A stretch of 64,000 nt of DNA from positions 1 through 64,000 of IMG/VR virus record IMGVR_UViG_3300032325_000466. One strand, written 5' to 3'. Positions 62,326 to 64,000 of the stretch are shown one piece after another; position 1 is the first letter of the stretch, and every line of letters starts with the position of its first letter. The notes under the pieces were generated by a model that did no database searches, was not told the DNA's origin, and was given only the letters and a program-made list of their open reading frames with translations. The position numbers and the translations under genes were made by a program. This DNA is from a virus.

Positions 62326-63090
62326 TCAACGCTTTTTACAGTTGTCTCCGTGCCACCTTGTGTAGTTACTTGGACCTACAACTATTCCACAATGTTCACA
62401 TGTCTTTTGTAAATCAGGTCTACGATTTGGATTATTTTCAGAAAATTCTTTCTTCATTCTTTCAGCCATTCTATCTCCAAATCCTTTTGGTTTTTTAACT
62501 CCTTTTAATTTCACAGACCTTATTTGTTTTTGTTCTTCGCTCATTGGGCCTTTAGGTTTACCCTTCGAGGCTAGTGACATTAGTTTTTTAGTTTCATCAC
62601 TTCTTTTTTGTCCTGTGACTTTATCAATTCTTTTTCTTTGTCCTTCAGCTTGTTTAACAGGATCTATTTTTCTATTACGAGTTCGTTCTCTATGCTGTTC
62701 TAAATCTTCGCCTTCTAATTTTAGACCTTTGTTCCAAGCTTTGCGGCCCTTCATTTTTTTACTATGGTTCTCTGCATGTTCTATTCTATACTTTTCATAC
62801 ACTCTTGCTGTTATTTTTGTATGATAACGTTCTTGATATCTATTTTCTGCTTTCATTCCATTGAGTGCATATAGCATCTTACTTCTGTCATCACCTTCAG
62901 TCATCTTAATAAGTAGCCAATGACATATAAAGTGTTCTCTTGCTGTTAGATCCACTAAGTTTTCTTTGTCATTACTACCACCTAATGATTGTGGTATAAT
63001 ATGATGCGTTTCGGTGTAACCCTCTGTAATGCGTTGTTTGGCATTAGAAGTTATTCTATAATAGCGTTTGGAGTATTTGTTAGTAAGCAT
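62326..63090 (-). CDS. HNH homing endonuclease with NUMOD3-like repeats (start MLTNKY)
   Basis: ETHHIIPQSLGGSND..NLV.LTAREHFICH; TATAAATA at 63096-63103. Confidence 0.9.
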   Translation of the reverse strand: MLTNKYSKRYYRITSNAKQRITEGYTETHHIIPQSLGGSNDKENLVDLTAREHFICHWLLIKMTEGDDRSKMLYALNGMKAENRYQERYHTKITARVYEKYRIEHAENHSKKMKGRKAWNKGLKLEGEDLEQHRERTRNRKIDPVKQAEGQRKRIDKVTGQKRSDETKKLMSLASKGKPKGPMSEEQKQIRSVKLKGVKKPKGFGDRMAERMKKEFSENNPNRRPDLQKTCEHCGIVVGPSNYTRWHGDNCKKR

Positions 63091-63136
63091 AATTTTATTT
63101 ATACATAATAACATCTTTCAGTGATTTTAGATACAG

Positions 63137-63161
63137 AAATGGGCACCAAAGTGCCCATTTT
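63137..63161 (-). terminator. Intrinsic terminator after the capsid gene
   Basis: AAATGGGCAC-TTTG-GTGCCCATTT hairpin. Confidence 0.8.
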
Positions 63162-63202
63162 TATTTGCTTCAAAATTCAGTTTATCACTGAAAAGTGAAA
63201 TT

Positions 63203-64000
63203 TTATTGGAATGTAAGGTTCTGAACTGCAATTTCTCCCACATAATCAGCCGCATTACCAAAACTGCTTGCGGTGTTAGTGAGTTCTATGTAGCCATATC
63301 TTGTCATAAAGCTAACTACTGGTTCGAAGGTGTTAGGATCTAGAACAACACCACTGCTCATTAGAGGAATATATGGGCAATAGAAAGCTGCCGCATCTGT
63401 CTCTGATGAACCCTTATAACCAACTAGTACTGGCTGTGTGTCAGGAGCGTAAGAGTTAACGAATACACGCATTGCACCGTTTAGTGTACCAACGAACTTG
63501 GTGTTTGTTGGAGCTTCGAATGTACCTTCTGTTGTACGAGCAAATGCTGATGTTGTAGCACTTTGTAGAACAGTTAGTGAAGCTGGTGAAACAACGGCCC
63601 AATTACCTGCACCGCGACGAGTACGCTGTGCGATTAGGTTAGCAACACGATTGATTAGAACTGCTAAAGCAGCATGTTCGTCACCAACGTATGTAGCTGT
63701 ACCTGATACAGTAGCTTGGTTGAATGTGTATTCAGTTGAAGCTAGAGTAGCTAGAGATAATAGAATCTCTTGGTCAATTTCAGCAGTAATTTCTTGAGCT
63801 AGAGCAGCCATGATTTCTGCTTCAACGTCGATGCCATGTTGTGACTGAGCATCTTGTGCAGCTTCGAATGTCCAACGAGCTTGTAGCTTGCGTGACTTAG
63901 CTTCGACAGCTTGACGTAGAATTTGTACTGAAATTTGCTTACCGCCATTGCCTTCAAGAACAGCAGTATTATTACCAGTGTAACCACTAGCAGTACTACT
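63203..64000 (-). CDS. gp23: T4-like major capsid protein, 5' end beyond window
   Basis: VEAKSRKLQARWTFEAAQDAQSQHGIDVEAE...EITAEIDQEIL...FYCPYIPL...MTRYG; frame open to the window edge. Confidence 0.97.
   Translation of the reverse strand, partial: SSTASGYTGNNTAVLEGNGGKQISVQILRQAVEAKSRKLQARWTFEAAQDAQSQHGIDVEAEIMAALAQEITAEIDQEILLSLATLASTEYTFNQATVSGTATYVGDEHAALAVLINRVANLIAQRTRRGAGNWAVVSPASLTVLQSATTSAFARTTEGTFEAPTNTKFVGTLNGAMRVFVNSYAPDTQPVLVGYKGSSETDAAAFYCPYIPLMSSGVVLDPNTFEPVVSFMTRYGYIELTNTASSFGNAADYVGEIAVQNLTFQ

Overview
A 64-kb segment of a large, AT-rich T4-like (gp23-family) myophage, almost entirely encoded on the minus strand. The host is probably a proteobacterium (inference from sigma70 promoters and the NrdAB, RpoZ and S53 homologues). 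In window order: (1) 1-4.9 kb, a restriction-modification-like cluster (SF2 helicase, PD-(D/E)xK nuclease, apparently split MTase) plus an inverted, late-promoter MTase. (2) 5-24 kb, a variable early region of small ORFs driven by repeated TTGACA-17-TATAAT cassettes (about 22 copies between 1.7 and 33.4 kb). It holds a 12-copy paralog family, an S53 lipoprotein protease, an RNA ligase, and ArfA-like and L7/L12-CTD-like genes. (3) 24-36 kb, a tRNA cluster covering all 20 amino acids, with a group I intron in tRNA-Leu(UAA). (4) 37-45 kb, SleB hydrolase, a virion protein, PAAR, glutaredoxin, nrdB/nrdA and an aldolase. (5) 45-64 kb, long fibre and collagen-like proteins, homing endonucleases and the 3' part of the major capsid gene. 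The most unusual signal is inside the tRNA cluster: 11 cassettes bounded by a conserved, covarying 15-18 bp stem (ACCATATTGAAACACATT...AGTGTGTTTCAATATGGT), each enclosing a different structured RNA. These are interspersed with tRNA mimics that have collapsed anticodon loops, no D-arm or no anticodon arm, plus a candidate minimal RNase P-like RNA. All folds and family calls were made by eye; no searches were run.
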